Below, piece after piece: positions 11,201 through 24,799 of a DNA stretch of 64,000 nucleotides. Both the position numbers and the translations under genes were made by a program. Each line of letters starts with the position of its first letter. The first letter of the stretch is position 1. Origin of the DNA: Eledone cirrhosa (lineage: Eukaryota); the NCBI GenBank assembly GCA_964016885.1, contig OZ024740.1:211978001-212042000 (forward strand), given 5' to 3'. The notes beneath the pieces were generated by a model. The model was not told where the DNA came from. It saw nothing but the letters and a program-made list of their open reading frames with translations, and did no database searches.

Positions 11201-14200
11201 GCCGTGTTAGCCCACACGGGCGTGGCATGTGTTGTGGTGCCGTGTTAACCCACATGGGAGTGGCATGTGTTGTGGTGCCGTGTTAGTCCACATGGGCGTG
11301 GCATGTGTCGTGGTACCGTGTTAGCCCACTTGGGCCTGGCATGTGTTGTGGTGCCGTGTTAGCCCACATGGGTGTGGCATGTGTTGTGGTGCCGTGTTAG
11401 CCCACATGGGCGTGGCATGTGTTGTTGTGCCGTGTTAGCCCACATGGGCGTGGCATGTTTTGTGGTGCCGTGTTAGCCCACATGGGCGTGCCATGTGTTG
11501 TGGTGCCGTGTTAGCCCACATGGGCGTGGCATGTGTTGTGGTGGCGTGTTAGCCCACATGGGCGTGTCATTTGTTGTGGTGCCGTGTTAGCCCACATGGG
11601 CGTGGCATGTGTTGTGGTGACGTGTTAGCCCACATGGGCGTGCTATATTTTGTGCTGCCGTGTTAGACCACATGAGCGTGGCATGTTTTGTGGTGCCGTG
11701 TTAGCCCACATGGGCGTAGCATGTGTTGTGGTGCCGTGTTAGCCCACATGGGCGTGCCATGTTTTGTGGTGCCGCGTTAGCCAACATGGGCGTGGCATGT
11801 GTTGTGGTGCCGTGTTAGCGCACATGGGTGTACCATGTTTTGTGGTGCCGTGTTAGCCCACATGGGCGTGGCATGTGTTGTGGTGCCGTGTTAGCCCACA
11901 TGGGCGTGGCATGTGTTCTGGTGCAGTGTTAGCCCAGATGGGCGTGGCATGTTTTGTAGTGCCGTGTTAGCCCACATGGGCGTGACATGTGTTGTGGTGC
12001 CGTGTTAGCCCACATGGGCGTGGCATGTGTTGTGGTGCCGTGTTAGCCCACAAGGGCGTGGCATGTTTTGTAGCGCCGTGTTAGCCCACATAGGCGTGGC
12101 ATGTGTTGTGGTGCCGTGTTAGCCCACATGGGCGTGGCATGTGTTGTGGTGCCGTGTTAGCCCAGATGGGCGTGGCATGTTTTGTGGTGCCGTATTAGCG
12201 CACATGGGCGTGCCATGTTTTGTGGTGCCGTGTTAGCACACATGGGCGTGGCATGTTTTGTGGTGCCGTGTTAGCCCTCATGGGCGTAGCATGTGTTGTT
12301 GTGCCGTGTTAGCCCACATGGGCGTGCCATGTTTTGTGGTGCCGTGTTAGCCCATATGGGCGTGGCATGTTTTGTGGTGCCGTGTTAGCGCACATGGGCG
12401 TGCCATGTTTTGTGGTGTCGTGTTAGCCCAAATGGGCGTGCCATGTTTTGTGGTGCCGTGTTAGCCCACAAAAGCTTGGCATGTTTTGTGGTGCCGTGTT
12501 AGCCCACATGGGCGTCCATGTTTTGTGGTGCCGTGTTAGCCCACATGGGCGTGGCATGTTTTGTGGTGCCATGTTAGCCCACATGGGGGTAGCATGTGTT
12601 GTGGTGTCGTGTTAGCCCACATGGTCGTGCCATGTTTTGTAGTGCCGTGTTAGCCCACATGGGCGTAGCATGTTTTGTGGTGCCGTGTTAGCGCACATGG
12701 GCGTGCCATGTATTGTGGTGTCGTGTTAGCCCACATGGGCGTGCCTTGTTTTGTGGTGCCGTGTTAGCCCACAAGGGCGTGGAATGTGTTGTGTTGCCGT
12801 GTTAGCCCACATGGGCGTGCCATGTTTTGTGGTGCCGTGTTAGCCCACATGGGCATGCCATGTTTTGTGGTGCCGTGTTAGCCCACATGGGCGTGGCATG
12901 TTTTATGGTGCCGTGTTAGCCCACATGGGCGTGGCATGTTTTGTGGTGCCGTGTTAGCCCACATGGGCGTACCATGTGTTGTGGTGCCGTGTTAGCCCAC
13001 ATGGGCGTGCCATGATTTGTAGTGCCGTGTTAGCCCACATGGGCGTGGCATGTTTTGTGGTACCGTGTTAGCTCATATGGGCGTGGCATGTTTTGTGGTG
13101 CCGTGTTAGCCCACATGGGCGTAGCATGTGTTGTGGTGCCGAGTTAGCCCACATGGGCGTGCCATGTTTTGTAGTGTCGTGTTAGCCCACATGGGCCTGG
13201 CATGTTTTGCGGTGCCGTGTTAGCGCACATGGGTGTGCCATGTTTTGTGGTGTCGTGTTAGCCCACATGGGCGTGCCATGTTTTGTGGTGCCGTGTTAGC
13301 CCACGTGGGCGTGGCATGTGTTGTCGTGCCGTGTTAGCCCACATGGGCGTGCCATGTTTCGTGGTGCCGTGTTAGCCAACATGGACGTGCCATGTTTTGT
13401 GGTGCCGTGTTAGCCCACATGGGCGTGGCATGTGTTGTGGTGCCGTGTTAGTCCAGATGGACGTAGCATGTGTTATGGTGCCGTGTTAGCACACATGGGC
13501 GTGCCATGTTTTGTGGTGTGTGTTAGCCCACATGGGCGTGGCATGTTTTGTGGTGCCGTGTTAGCCCACATGGGCGTGGCATGTGTGGTCGTGCCGTGTT
13601 AGCCCACATGGGCGTGCCATGTTTTGTGGTGCCGTGTTAGCCCATATGGGCGTGCCATGTTTTTTTGTGCCGTGTTAGCCCACATGGGCGTGGCATGTGT
13701 TGTGGTGCCGTGTTAGCCCAGATGGGCGTGGCATGTTTTGTGGTGCCGTGTTAGCCCATATGGGCGTGGCATGTGTTGTGGTGACGTGTTAGCCCACATG
13801 GGCGTGGCATGTGTTGTCGTGCCGTGTTAGCCCACATGGGCGTGCCATGTTTTGTGGTGCCGTGTTAGCCCACATGGGCGTGGCATGTTTTGTGGTGCCG
13901 TGTTAGCCCACATGGGCGTGGAATGTTTTGTGGTGCCGTGTTAGCCCACATGGGCGTGGCATGTTTTGTGGTGCCATGTTAGCCCACATGGGGGTAGCAT
14001 GTGTTGTGGTGTCGTGTTAGCCCACATGGTCGTGCCATGTTTTGTAGTGCCGTGTTAGCCCACATGGGCGTAGCATGATTTGTGGTGCCGTGTTAGCGCA
14101 CATGGGCGTGCCATGTTTTGTGGTGTTGTGTTAGCCCACATGGGCGTGCCTTGTTTTGTGGTGCCGTGTTAGCCCACATGGGCGTGGAATGTGTTGTGTT

Positions 14201-17200
14201 GCCGTGTTAGCCCACATGGGCGTGCCATGTTTTGTGGTGCCGTGTTAGCCCACATGGGCATGCCATGTTTTGTGGTGCCGTGTTAGCCCACATGGGCGTG
14301 GCATGTTTTGTGGTGTCGTGTTAGCCCACATGGGCGTGGCATGTTTTGTGGTGCCGTGTTAGCCCACATGGGCGTAGCATGTGTTGTGGTGCCGTGTTAG
14401 CCCATTGGGCGTGCCATGATTTGTAATGCCGTGTTAGCCCACATGGGCGTGGCATGTTTTGTGGTACCGTGTTAGCCCATATGGGCGTGGCATGTTTTGT
14501 GGTGCCGTGTTAGCCCACATGGGCGTAGCATGTGTTGTGGTGCCGAGATAGCCCACATGGGCGTGCCATGTTTTGTAGTGTCGTGTTAGCCCACATGGGC
14601 GTGGCATGTTTTTCGGTGCCGTGTTAGCGCACATGGGCGTGCCATGTTTTGTGGTTTCGTGTTAGCCCACATGGGCGTGCCATGTTTTGTGGTGCCGTGT
14701 TAGCCCACATGGGCGTGACATGTGTTGTCGTGCCGTGTTAGCCCACATGGGCGTGCCATGTTTCGTGGTGCCGTGTTAGCCCACATGGGCGTGCCATGTT
14801 TTGTGGTGCCGTGTTAGCCCACATGGGCGTGGCATGTGTTGTGGTGCCGTGTTAGTCCAGATGGACGTAGCATGTGTTATGGTGCCGTGTTAGCCCACAT
14901 GGGCGTGCCATGTTTTGTAGTGCCGTGTTAGCCCACATGGGCGTGGCATGTTTTGTGGTGCCGTGTTAGCGCACATGGGCGTGCCATGTTTTGTGGTGTG
15001 TGTTAGCCCACATGGGCGTGGCATGTTTTGTGGTGCCGTGTTAGCCCACATGGGCGTGGCATGTGTTGTCGTGCCGTGTTAGCCCACATGGGCGTGCCAT
15101 GTTTTGTGGTGCCGTGTTAGCCCACATGGGCGTGCCATGTTTTTTGGTGCCGTGTTAGCCCACATGGGCGTGGCATGTGTTGTGGTGCCGTGTTAGCCCA
15201 GATGGGCGTGGCATGTTTTGTGGTGCCGTGTTAGCCCACATGGGCGTGGCATGTTTTGTGGTGCCGTGTTAGCCCACATGGGCGTAGCATGTGTTGTGAT
15301 GCCGTGTTAGCCCACATGGGCGTGGCATGTTTTGTGGTGCCGTGTTAGCGCGCATGGGCGTGCCATGTTTTGTGGTGCCGTGTTAGCCCATATGGGCGTG
15401 GCATGTTTTGTGGTGCCGTGTTAGCCCTCATGGGCGTAGCATGTGTTGTGGTGCCGTGTTAGCCCACATGGGCGTGCCATGTTTTGTGGTGCCGTGTTAG
15501 CCCACATGGGCGTGGCATGTTTTGTGGTGCCGTGTTAGCGCACATGGGCGTGCCATGTTTTGTGGTGTCGTGTTAGCCCAAATGGGCGTGCCATGTTTTG
15601 TGGTGCCGTGTTAGCCCACAAGGGCGTGGCATGTTTTGTGGTGCCGTGTTAGCCCACATGGGCGTGCCATGTTTTGTGGTGCCGTGTTAGCCCACATGGG
15701 CGTGGCATGTTTTGTGGTGCCGTGTTAGCCCACAAGGGCGTGGCATGTTTTGTGGTGCCGTGTTAGCCCACATGGGCGTGCCATGTTTTGTTGTGCCGTG
15801 TTAGCCCAAATGGGCGTGCCATGTTTTGTGGTACCGTGTTAACCCACATGGGAGTGGCATGTGTTGTGGTGCCGTGTTAGCCCACATGGGCGTGGCATGT
15901 GTTGTGGTGCCGTGTTAGCCCACATGGGCGTGCCATGTTTTGTGGTGCCGTGTTAGCCCACATGGGCGTGGCATGTGTTGTGGTGCCGTGTTAGCCCACT
16001 TGGGCGTGGCATGTGTTGTGGTAACGTGTTAGCCCACATGGGCGTGGCATGTGTTGTGGTGCCGTGTTAGCCCACATGGGCGTGCCATGTTTTGTGGTGA
16101 CGTGTTAGCCCACATGGGCGTGGCATGTGTTGTGGTGCCGTGTTAGCCCACATGGGCGTGCCATGTTTTGTGGTGCCGTGTTACCCACATGGGCGTGGCA
16201 TGTGTTGTGGTGCCGTGTTAGCCCACATGGGCGTGCCATGTTTTGTGGTGCCGTGTTAGCCCACATGGGCGTGGTATGTGTTGTGGTGCCGTGTTAGCCC
16301 ACATGGGCGTGCCATGTTTTGTGGTGCCGTGTTAGCCCACACGGGCGTGCCATGTTTTGTGGTGCCGTGTTAGCCCACATGGGCGTGGCATGTGTTGTGG
16401 TGCCGTGTTAACCCACATGGGAGTGGCATGTGTTGTGGTGCCGTGTTAGTCCACATGGGCGTGGCATGTGTTGTGGTGCCGTGTTAGCCCACTTGGGCGT
16501 GGCATGTGTTGTGGTGCCGTGTTAGCCCACATGGGCGTGGCATGTGTTGTGGTGCCGTGTTAGCCCAAATGGGCGTGGCATGTGTTGTCGTGCCGTGTTA
16601 GCCCACATGGGCGTGCCATGTTTCGTGGTGCCGTGTTAGCCCACATGGGCGTGCCATGTTTTGTGGTGCCGTGTTAGCCCACATGGGCGTGGCATGTGTT
16701 GTGGTGCCGTGTTAGTCCAGATGGACGTAGCATGTGTTATGGTGCCGTGTTAGCCCACATGGGCGTGCCATGTTTTGTAGTGCCGTGTTAGCCCACATGG
16801 GCGTGGCATGTTTTGTGGTGCCGTGTTAGCGCACATGGGCGTGCCATGTTTTGTGGTGTGTGTTAGCCCTCATGGGCGTGGCATGTTTTGTGGTGCCGTG
16901 TTAGCCCACATGGGCGTGGCATGTGTTGTCGTGCCGTGTTAGCCCACATGGGCGTGCCATGTTTTGTGGTGCCGTGTTAGCCCACATGGGCGTGCCATGT
17001 TTTTTGGTGCCGAGTTAGCCCACATGGGCGTGGCATGTGTTGTGGTGCCGTGTTAGCCCAGATGGGCGTGGCATGTTTTGTGGTGCCGTGTTAGCCCACA
17101 TGGGCGTGGCATGTTTTGTGGTGCCGTGTTAGCCCACATGGGCGTAGAATGTGTTGTGATGCCGTGTTAGCCCACATGGGCGTGCCATGTTTTGTAGTGC

Positions 17201-17538
17201 CGTGTTAGCCCACATGGGCGTGGCATGTTTTGTGGTGCCGTGTTAGCGCACATGGACGTGCCATGTTTTGTGGTGACGTGTTAGCCCACATGGGCGTGCC
17301 ATGTTTTGTGGTGCCGTGTTAGCCCACATGGGCGTGGCATGTGTTGTGGTGCCGTGTTAGCGCACATGGGTGTGCCATGTTTTGTGGTGCCGTGTTAGCC
17401 CACATGGGCGTGGCAAGTGTTGTGGTGCCGTGTTAGCCCACATGGGCGTGGCATGTGTTGTGGTGCCGTGTTAGCCCAGATGGGCGTGGCATGTTTTGTA
17501 GTGCCGTGTTAGCCCACATGGGCGTGACATGTGTTGTG
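5213..17538 (+). repeat. 38-bp GC-rich satellite array, ~324 copies
   Basis: Monomer GTGGTGCCGTGTTAGCCCACATGGGCGTG(G/C)CATGT(G/T)TT repeated head-to-tail with no spacers. Confidence 0.99.
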
Positions 17539-17832
17539 ACAGAACAAAGGAGAGGCACAAAAACAAAGAAAAGAATCCCCAGTCACTGAAGAGGTCACAG
17601 AATGTGTGACGAAAGAACTTTGACAATATATAAACAACTATCTGGTTGTGGAACCAACCAACCAACCAGAAGTTTATAAATTCCTAAATTTATAAATTTA
17701 TTATAATAAATTGAAGTGAAAGCAACTGGTGCGTGTGTTTCTTATTGGCAACATGACCCTCCCAAAGTATAACAATATCGGTTTCAACACACGTTTTCAG
17801 ATAAAGAATCTTGATAAACAAATTCAGAAACG

Positions 17833-17954
<122 letters not shown>

Positions 17955-17955
17955 T

Positions 17956-18178
17956 AATAAAAGGAATTCCAACTTTGTCTGATTTCACAGTTGAAAATTG
18001 CAAACTAGACTGTCACCACAGAATATGAAGCTGGAGATTGCGAAAGCATGAAAGTACTTGCTCAATTAACACTTAACATTTAATATTCTACCATACTATT
18101 TAATTCTAATACCATTATAAATTTTAAAGGATTGCAAATAAAACGAGTAAATCAGACAAAGTTGGAATTCCTTTTATT
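17956..18178. mobile_element. Small element with 30-bp perfect terminal inverted repeats (MITE-like)
   Basis: AATAAAAGGAATTCCAACTTTGTCTGATTT ... AAATCAGACAAAGTTGGAATTCCTTTTATT, in a TA-rich context. Confidence 0.7.
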
Positions 18179-18226
18179 GATATAATCTTCTATACACAAT
18201 CATACACACCCGTGTATATTTATCTA

Positions 18227-18311
<85 letters not shown>

Positions 18312-18313
<2 letters not shown>

Positions 18314-18766
18314 AGGGCCTTGTTTCAGGGTGGTACCAGGGGATAAATCAAACCATATTTTGTCCCCCCCCCCCAACTTTTTCACAATTAAAAAACAAAG
18401 ACATATCCCACTAACAAGGCATAGAGATGTTTTGAAAAAGATTATTTGTGAAGAATTTGCTAAATTATTTATTGACAACAATGATACGGGATATAATACA
18501 TTTGGAAACTTCGAAACGACAATAAATTTACTTTATATGTTTTTATGCAAACGTCTGTTTTATATTTTGTTTATTTGATATAATCAATTCTTTTTAAGCT
18601 TATTTTTTTATATCTGAACATCATTTGAATATTTAAAATTTAATTAGCGTAAAATTTTGCTTATGTGATAGGGTGCGGGAAAGGCACCATAAGCAATACT
18701 AACATGCTCCTTTAAGAATCAACAAATGTTGGTTTGTCCCACTTTTTTGGCAAACGAGGCCTCTGA
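18312..18766. mobile_element. Possible MITE with imperfect TIRs inserted in (TA)n
   Basis: TA|TCAAGGGCCTTGTTTC versus the reverse complement of the right end, TA|TCAGAGGCCTCGTTTGC. Confidence 0.45.
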
Positions 18767-19176
18767 TATATATGTATAAACATATAATACACACACACAC
18801 ATACACACACACACAATATATATATATATATATGTATTCTCTTCTTTTACTCTTCTTTTTCACCCACTTATTCCAGAGAGGGCCATGGGGGGTCCTCAAA
18901 CACTCCTTCCTTTGGGTCATGTCAGAAGCAACCGTCTCTAACTGATCCGATTGAATCCCCAAGCGAGACCAGCCAAGCTCATCCCTCGCTAGTCACCCTC
19001 TCTCGCCTAGCCTCTTCCTCACACTTTCACTCACTCCATCTCTGCTACTCACCCTCTCTCACTTCCTCCCCTCTGACCCGTGTGAAATTCTTTTCTCGCT
19101 CACATTTCGCATGGCTTGGATGCGTCTTTCGTCTTCTCGTCAATGATTCGCCAGATCTTATGTTCACATGTATCAC

Positions 19177-19211
<35 letters not shown>

Positions 19212-19972
19212 GTATAAGATTAGGCTTGGTTGTGTGTCTACGTACGCGCGGGTATATGTATGCGTATGTATATATAGGTGTGTATATATGTGCATATATA
19301 TATATGTATATATGGATATATATGTATGTATATCTATGGGTCCGTGTATGTGTACATGTATGCGTATATCTGTGTATGCATGTAACGATATATGTGGGTG
19401 TGAATATATGCATGTGTAAGTGTGTGAGAACACGCGTGAGTGTACACGCGCGTGTGTGTGTGTGTATATGTCCCCACAGATAAGCATGTGATCAGGAGCT
19501 CGGAATGTCTGTATATGTGTGAGCGCACGTGTGTATGGTTGTGTATGTGTCGGGCGACGGGCAAGCTAGGGACTGGCAAGGCAGATCATAACCCCTCGCC
19601 CACCTAGCAGTAATTTTGGCGACAGAGTTAAGGTGAGTGACAGCTCACGCCTAAATGGGAATGGTCAGTGGGCAGTTTGGAATGGTCAAACATACAGATG
19701 ACGTCTCTAACCGGATGATGGCAGATGATAGAAATTCTAAGGGTCGGAGTTCAACAGACGTATCTGAGGAACTTGCGAATCCAGAGTCAGGTTCGATCCA
19801 CAAATAGATCACACCTCGAGCTAATCGCCGGACAAACAATTATAATACCTTAATAAATTGTGTTTCGATGCATCACTGATTCTTCATTTTCCATATTATT
19901 ATACTCTACTCCAAAGGAGCATAGAGTGCTCAACTGGCATACCGCCTATGGATGCATCCAAGCAACCTTACT

Positions 19973-20031
<59 letters not shown>

Positions 20032-20069
20032 ATATTAATAAATGGAAACTATATTTATAAAACCATATT

Positions 20070-20135
20070 TATTTTATTATATATATTTCAAGGGCAACCA
20101 AGGCAAATTATGGGGCGCTTTCATCAAATAAAATA
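20070..20135 (-). ncRNA. Minimal type I hammerhead ribozyme, variant core (UUGAUGA)
   Basis: Mirror image of 20321-20386 with C3 changed to U. Confidence 0.55.
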
Positions 20136-20320
20136 CAAATTTGTTTTATGAATAAATATTGACATACCCGGAAAAAAAGACAACCTTAACGGTTGGAGCT
20201 TCCTGGATAGCTATCCAGGAAGCTATCCAGAAGCTACCCAGGAAGCTATCCAGGAAGCTCCAACCGTTAAGGTTGTCTTTTTTTCTGGGTATGTCAATAT
20301 TTATTCATAAAACAAATTTG

Positions 20321-20386
20321 TATTTTATCTGATGAAAGCGCACCATAATTTGCCTTGGTTGCCCTTGAAATATATATAATAAAATA
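20321..20386 (+). ncRNA. Minimal type I hammerhead ribozyme (Penelope-type)
   Basis: TATTTTAT (stem I) - CTGATGA - AAGCGCACC...GGTTGCCCTT (stem II) - GAAA - palindromic TATATA - TA - ATAAAATA (stem I'). Confidence 0.75.
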
Positions 20387-20515
20387 AAAATGGTTTTATA
20401 AATATAGTTTCCATTTATTAATATATTGTGTATTTATTCCACTACTGTTGAGTGCTTTATATCAGTTATAAAAACTTTTAAGCTTGTTGAATCCCAACAA
20501 ATTAAATATAACCTC

Positions 20516-20596
<81 letters not shown>

Positions 20597-20801
20597 TATT
20601 AAATTAACAATGAAAATAAATTATTAATTTAATACCTAACATCAGACTCTGTATCTAAAGAATTAACTCACCGATCACAGAACCTCACTAATGTTAGTTC
20701 TTACCTGGGTTACATTGAGTTCTATCTACGGTACGGACCCTACTACCAGAGGTAGACCACACTGAAAAAGGAACAAAATATATATGTGCGTGTGTGTGTA
20801 T

Positions 20802-20898
<97 letters not shown>

Positions 20899-20965
20899 CA
20901 CACACACGCATAATATATAATATATATTGAATACTGTTGGCTTCTTGCTACAATACTTTCTATAC

Positions 20966-21017
<52 letters not shown>

Positions 21018-21519
21018 CTACATACATACATATATACATACATATATATATATACATACATGTACGTATGTGTATAACTATACATTTATATATTTGTAAA
21101 TATGCATGCATTTATATTTAAGTGTGTGTATATGTGACATGATTTATGTTTTTTTTGTATGTATAAGTATATACCAACACCTTTCATCCTCAGTGTTTCT
21201 TTTTTTTTGTCATTTCTGATGAAGTTGTTCTTGTAATAGTTGACGTGGTCCTTATTTTCATTTTCTTTGATTTCTTTCGTTTTTCTTTTATCTCCATAGG
21301 GAATTCGTTGACAAGCTTCTTTTATTTATTTTCTTCGTTTTCTTCATTCAAATGCATTCACACTGGCTGTCTCAGAGACGTACAAATATGGCTTATAAAA
21401 TTTACAAAAGTAAAGAGCCTTCCAGCGCCCCCAAATCTTCAAACGCCTCCCTAACGCCCCCTTGCTCCAAAACGCCCCCTGGAGCTCTGAAACGCCCTCC
21501 GTTGAGAACCTTTGATCTA

Positions 21520-21815
21520 GGAGTTGACTTACAGAACTCAATAGACGCTGCATGCTGGTCAACTGCCCCATCAATAACACAGACATATGTCATGAAGCAT
21601 ACGTCGTATAGGGATTACAGTGTGATACATGTGACAACTTCTATATAGGTATCACCACCAGGCACATACACATCATGATTAAGGAACACTTTAACACTAA
21701 CGCTTCCTCATTCAAGAAACACTTAGAGAAATACAAAAACACCACCAAAAGAATAACAGTTAAGGTTGAAACAAAAGAAAGAAACCTCGGCAATCTCAAA
21801 ATTAAGGAAGCATTA
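21520..21815 (+). mobile_element. Penelope-like element GIY-YIG endonuclease fragment
   Basis: Reads VV*GLQCDTCDNFYIGITTRHIHIMIKEH...FKKHL...LKIKEAL, a GIY-YIG motif with the CxxC seen in PLEs. Confidence 0.75.
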
Positions 21816-22899
21816 AATCATAGCCAGAACACACTCTATCACCACCACCACCACCACCACCAACACCACCACCACCACCACCATATCCCCACTACCACCA
21901 CCACCACTACCATCCATGTATATAAATGTGTGTATATACATAATTTGTGTGTGTATGAAATCTCCCTCTTTTACCGACGTCTATAGTCATCGAATACTTA
22001 CCACTATCTTTGTTACTTAAGAAAACAAGTAATCCAGAAATTTTACACAAGTTCATATCTGGTATTTGGCGAAGAGGTGGTGGGTGTATGTTGCTTTTGT
22101 TGTTTTTGTTACCATTATTATTATTATTTCTTTGCATATATATATAAAATAAACGAAAGAAAATAGTATTCTGGTTGCTATCACAAAAACTACATCCACA
22201 CTGTCTTTGTCATTCACTTCTTTCAGTTCACAAACGAGAAGAACGAATGAGGTTCATTTGTTTTGTATTTATTTAAACATCTATCTTAAAAGAAACAAAA
22301 GACTCTTCCATTTGTTATCTTTCTTTTTTCCATATTGCATTTCAGGTTAGTTTGGTTTTATTTATGTTTCTAAATAAACGAAGAGAAAGCACGAGGAATA
22401 TTTATGTTTCTAAATATTCCTCGTGTTTTCTCTTCGTTTATTTCCTCTCTTTTCTGCTGTTAGAATGTAAAAACAAGACAATAGTTGATGTCTTAAGAAA
22501 CAGTCTTAGTATGAAAACTGTTTCAAGTGATTACCACCGTATAGTACGAAGTGTAAGCACTTAACTTGAGTACATGAAACGTGTCTCGGGACTGTTGACA
22601 ATAATAGACTAGAACTAAGCACAAAATACCTAACATAGAACTAGGCACATAACACCGAACTTAGAAGGCCACTGGACTCTATACATAAGGACACACATGG
22701 GCCCACTTACGAGCACATTATCCATCCGGGAGAAATCGTGTGTTTACATGTGTTTACATGATTCCATCCATGCGTGTTTACGTATTTGCGTTCGTGCTTA
22801 CACACACACATGTATGCATGCACGGGTGTGTCAGCGTGTATTAATATATATGCATCTAAGCGGATTTAAAGTGAAACAACTCTGTGCTCATTGGACCTG

Positions 22900-23600
22900 T
22901 CCAGATCTTAACTTTAAAACAAAAGAAGTTGGAAAAAAAGACCACTTCCAGCCAGCATGGTATAGCAAGCCACACCCCATACTGGAATAGTTCCTTCATT
23001 TTTCTCGGAAAAAGAATTATTAATCTCGAAATACCAGGACATATGAATAAATTAAGGTAAAAAAACAAGCCCTGTTTCTTACCATTTAATTTTTCTACAG
23101 GTGAAGTTGTCTTTCACTGTAAAAGTTTAGCCATCTTTAAATTTTTCCTTCAATTAAGTATAGGCAAGTGCCACAGTTTATTCTTCCGCATTTTGTTACC
23201 GTAGGGTTGGAGATTTGTTTCTCTGTATTTGTTTATATACATAAAAAGAAGCATTCACCTACTTTATGGTAAAGTCTACATAAACCAGCATCTAATTCCA
23301 GGGTGACATCAAGAAGGTTAACAACTTTGGTAATTTTATCAACAGTTATACACGTCTTTCGAGTGCTACAGAGGACTTTGCCCAACTCTTAAACGGCTGT
23401 CATGGTTTGTGCTGGGACTACTTTACGCATACAGGACCAGATTTGGGATCTTCTTATCGTTTGTGGGTACAAGATAAGTAATAAGGGGTTCATGAACACC
23501 ACTGCTTCAATACACAACACTCAAAATGTCTGCATCTTGAGTTCGCGAGAACAAGCTGACATTTAGAATATATCTTTAAAACAGCACTGATGAAAAGACA
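22900..23600 (-). mobile_element. Degenerate Penelope-like RT remnant
   Basis: The minus strand near 23260-23340 reads KVVNLLDVTLELDAGLCRLYHK, resembling the PLE VNFLDVTL motif; boundaries uncertain. Confidence 0.4.
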
Positions 23601-24022
23601 AGCATTATACACTTTTAACTTTGTCTCATTTATATGGTACTTGTAACGGGTTCATGTTTCACATGAGTAAAGAAGAGAAGTTGGTTAATTATAGGTACGA
23701 TATTTCTTATTTATTTAACCGTATGATTTCATATTTGAACTAGACATATGACTCAAAAGTCCTAAAAAATTCAGTTGTCTTCTGAAGCCGTAGAGATACT
23801 TTTTCAGTTAAAAGGTAAGAATAGCTGAATATGCTGCCTAGGTGGACAAAGATTTCTGACTCACGGTTCTGTTCCTTCAATTACGACATATAGGTTTACA
23901 TATGTGTTGCTTGGGTAGGTGGGCAGATTATAGCGGCCTGGGGTAGACGGACAGATGCATGTAAAAGGATTCGGCGATGCTCATAACGTATTCAGTCGTG
24001 AAGGGGAAATCAAGAAAAGTAA

Positions 24023-24148
<126 letters not shown>

Positions 24149-24239
24149 TAATTTCGAGTACATTTTGACCTGGTGGCAATGTTGTAAAAGAAAAGAAATT
24201 GTTATCCCTTGAATAGCAAGAATGTTTTTCAAATTTTGA

Positions 24240-24770
24240 AGATGCCAGATATCGCGGTCATTTGTAGTCTATGAATTAGGGAGCCGCGCTCTTTGTCCAT
24301 TTGAAGGCTAAGATCTTTGATACTTACATCCTACCAGTTGTGTTATATGGTCTTGACTGTGTTAATTGGACGACAAGATCACTTCAGAAGCTCTCTACAT
24401 TCCAGAACCACATCATGAGACTTATGACTGGCAAGCAGCTCACCAACCGTATCTGTATCAATGAGCTGCTCAACATTACCAAACTTAGATCAATTACATC
24501 AATTATCAAGTCAAGAGTGCTCAAACTATACGGTCATATAAAAAGATCAACTCATAGTGTGAGTAGGTTATACCTGGAAGGAAGGTTGGCTGGTAAGAGA
24601 AACAAAGGCCGGGAGCCAAAACCATGGTTTGATAATGTTGAATTATGGACTGGACTTGATCTATGCTCTTTAAACTCTGCTGTTGGTGATCGAACTTTGT
24701 GGAGAAAAATATCTCATGTTGATGCGCAGTCTGCAACTGGCAGAGTTTAGCGTCACAAGAAGAAGCTCTT
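24240..24770 (+). mobile_element. RTE-like LINE 3' fragment
   Basis: KAKIFDTYILPVVLYG...IIKSRVLKLYGHIKR...LEGRLAGKRNKGREPKPW...DRTLWR is an RTE ORF C-terminus. Confidence 0.8.
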
Positions 24771-24799
24771 TGTTCACAAATCTAAGTTCAATCATACTT

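Larger units (their letters stand above)
20027..20429. repeat. ~400-bp near-perfect palindrome, probably inverted Penelope-like terminal repeats
   Basis: ~185-bp arms with few mismatches; the centre is a short tandem of AGCTATCCAGGA; each arm contains a hammerhead motif. Confidence 0.9.

Noticed and set aside
5213-17538. CRISPR array (38-bp partly palindromic repeat)
   Set aside because: Monomers abut with no unique spacers, there are no cas genes, and the context is eukaryotic.
20027-20429. Palindrome as the symmetry centre of the 40-kb inverted duplication
   Set aside because: The flanking spacer DNA is not mirrored and the arrays differ in length, so the near-central position is probably coincidental.
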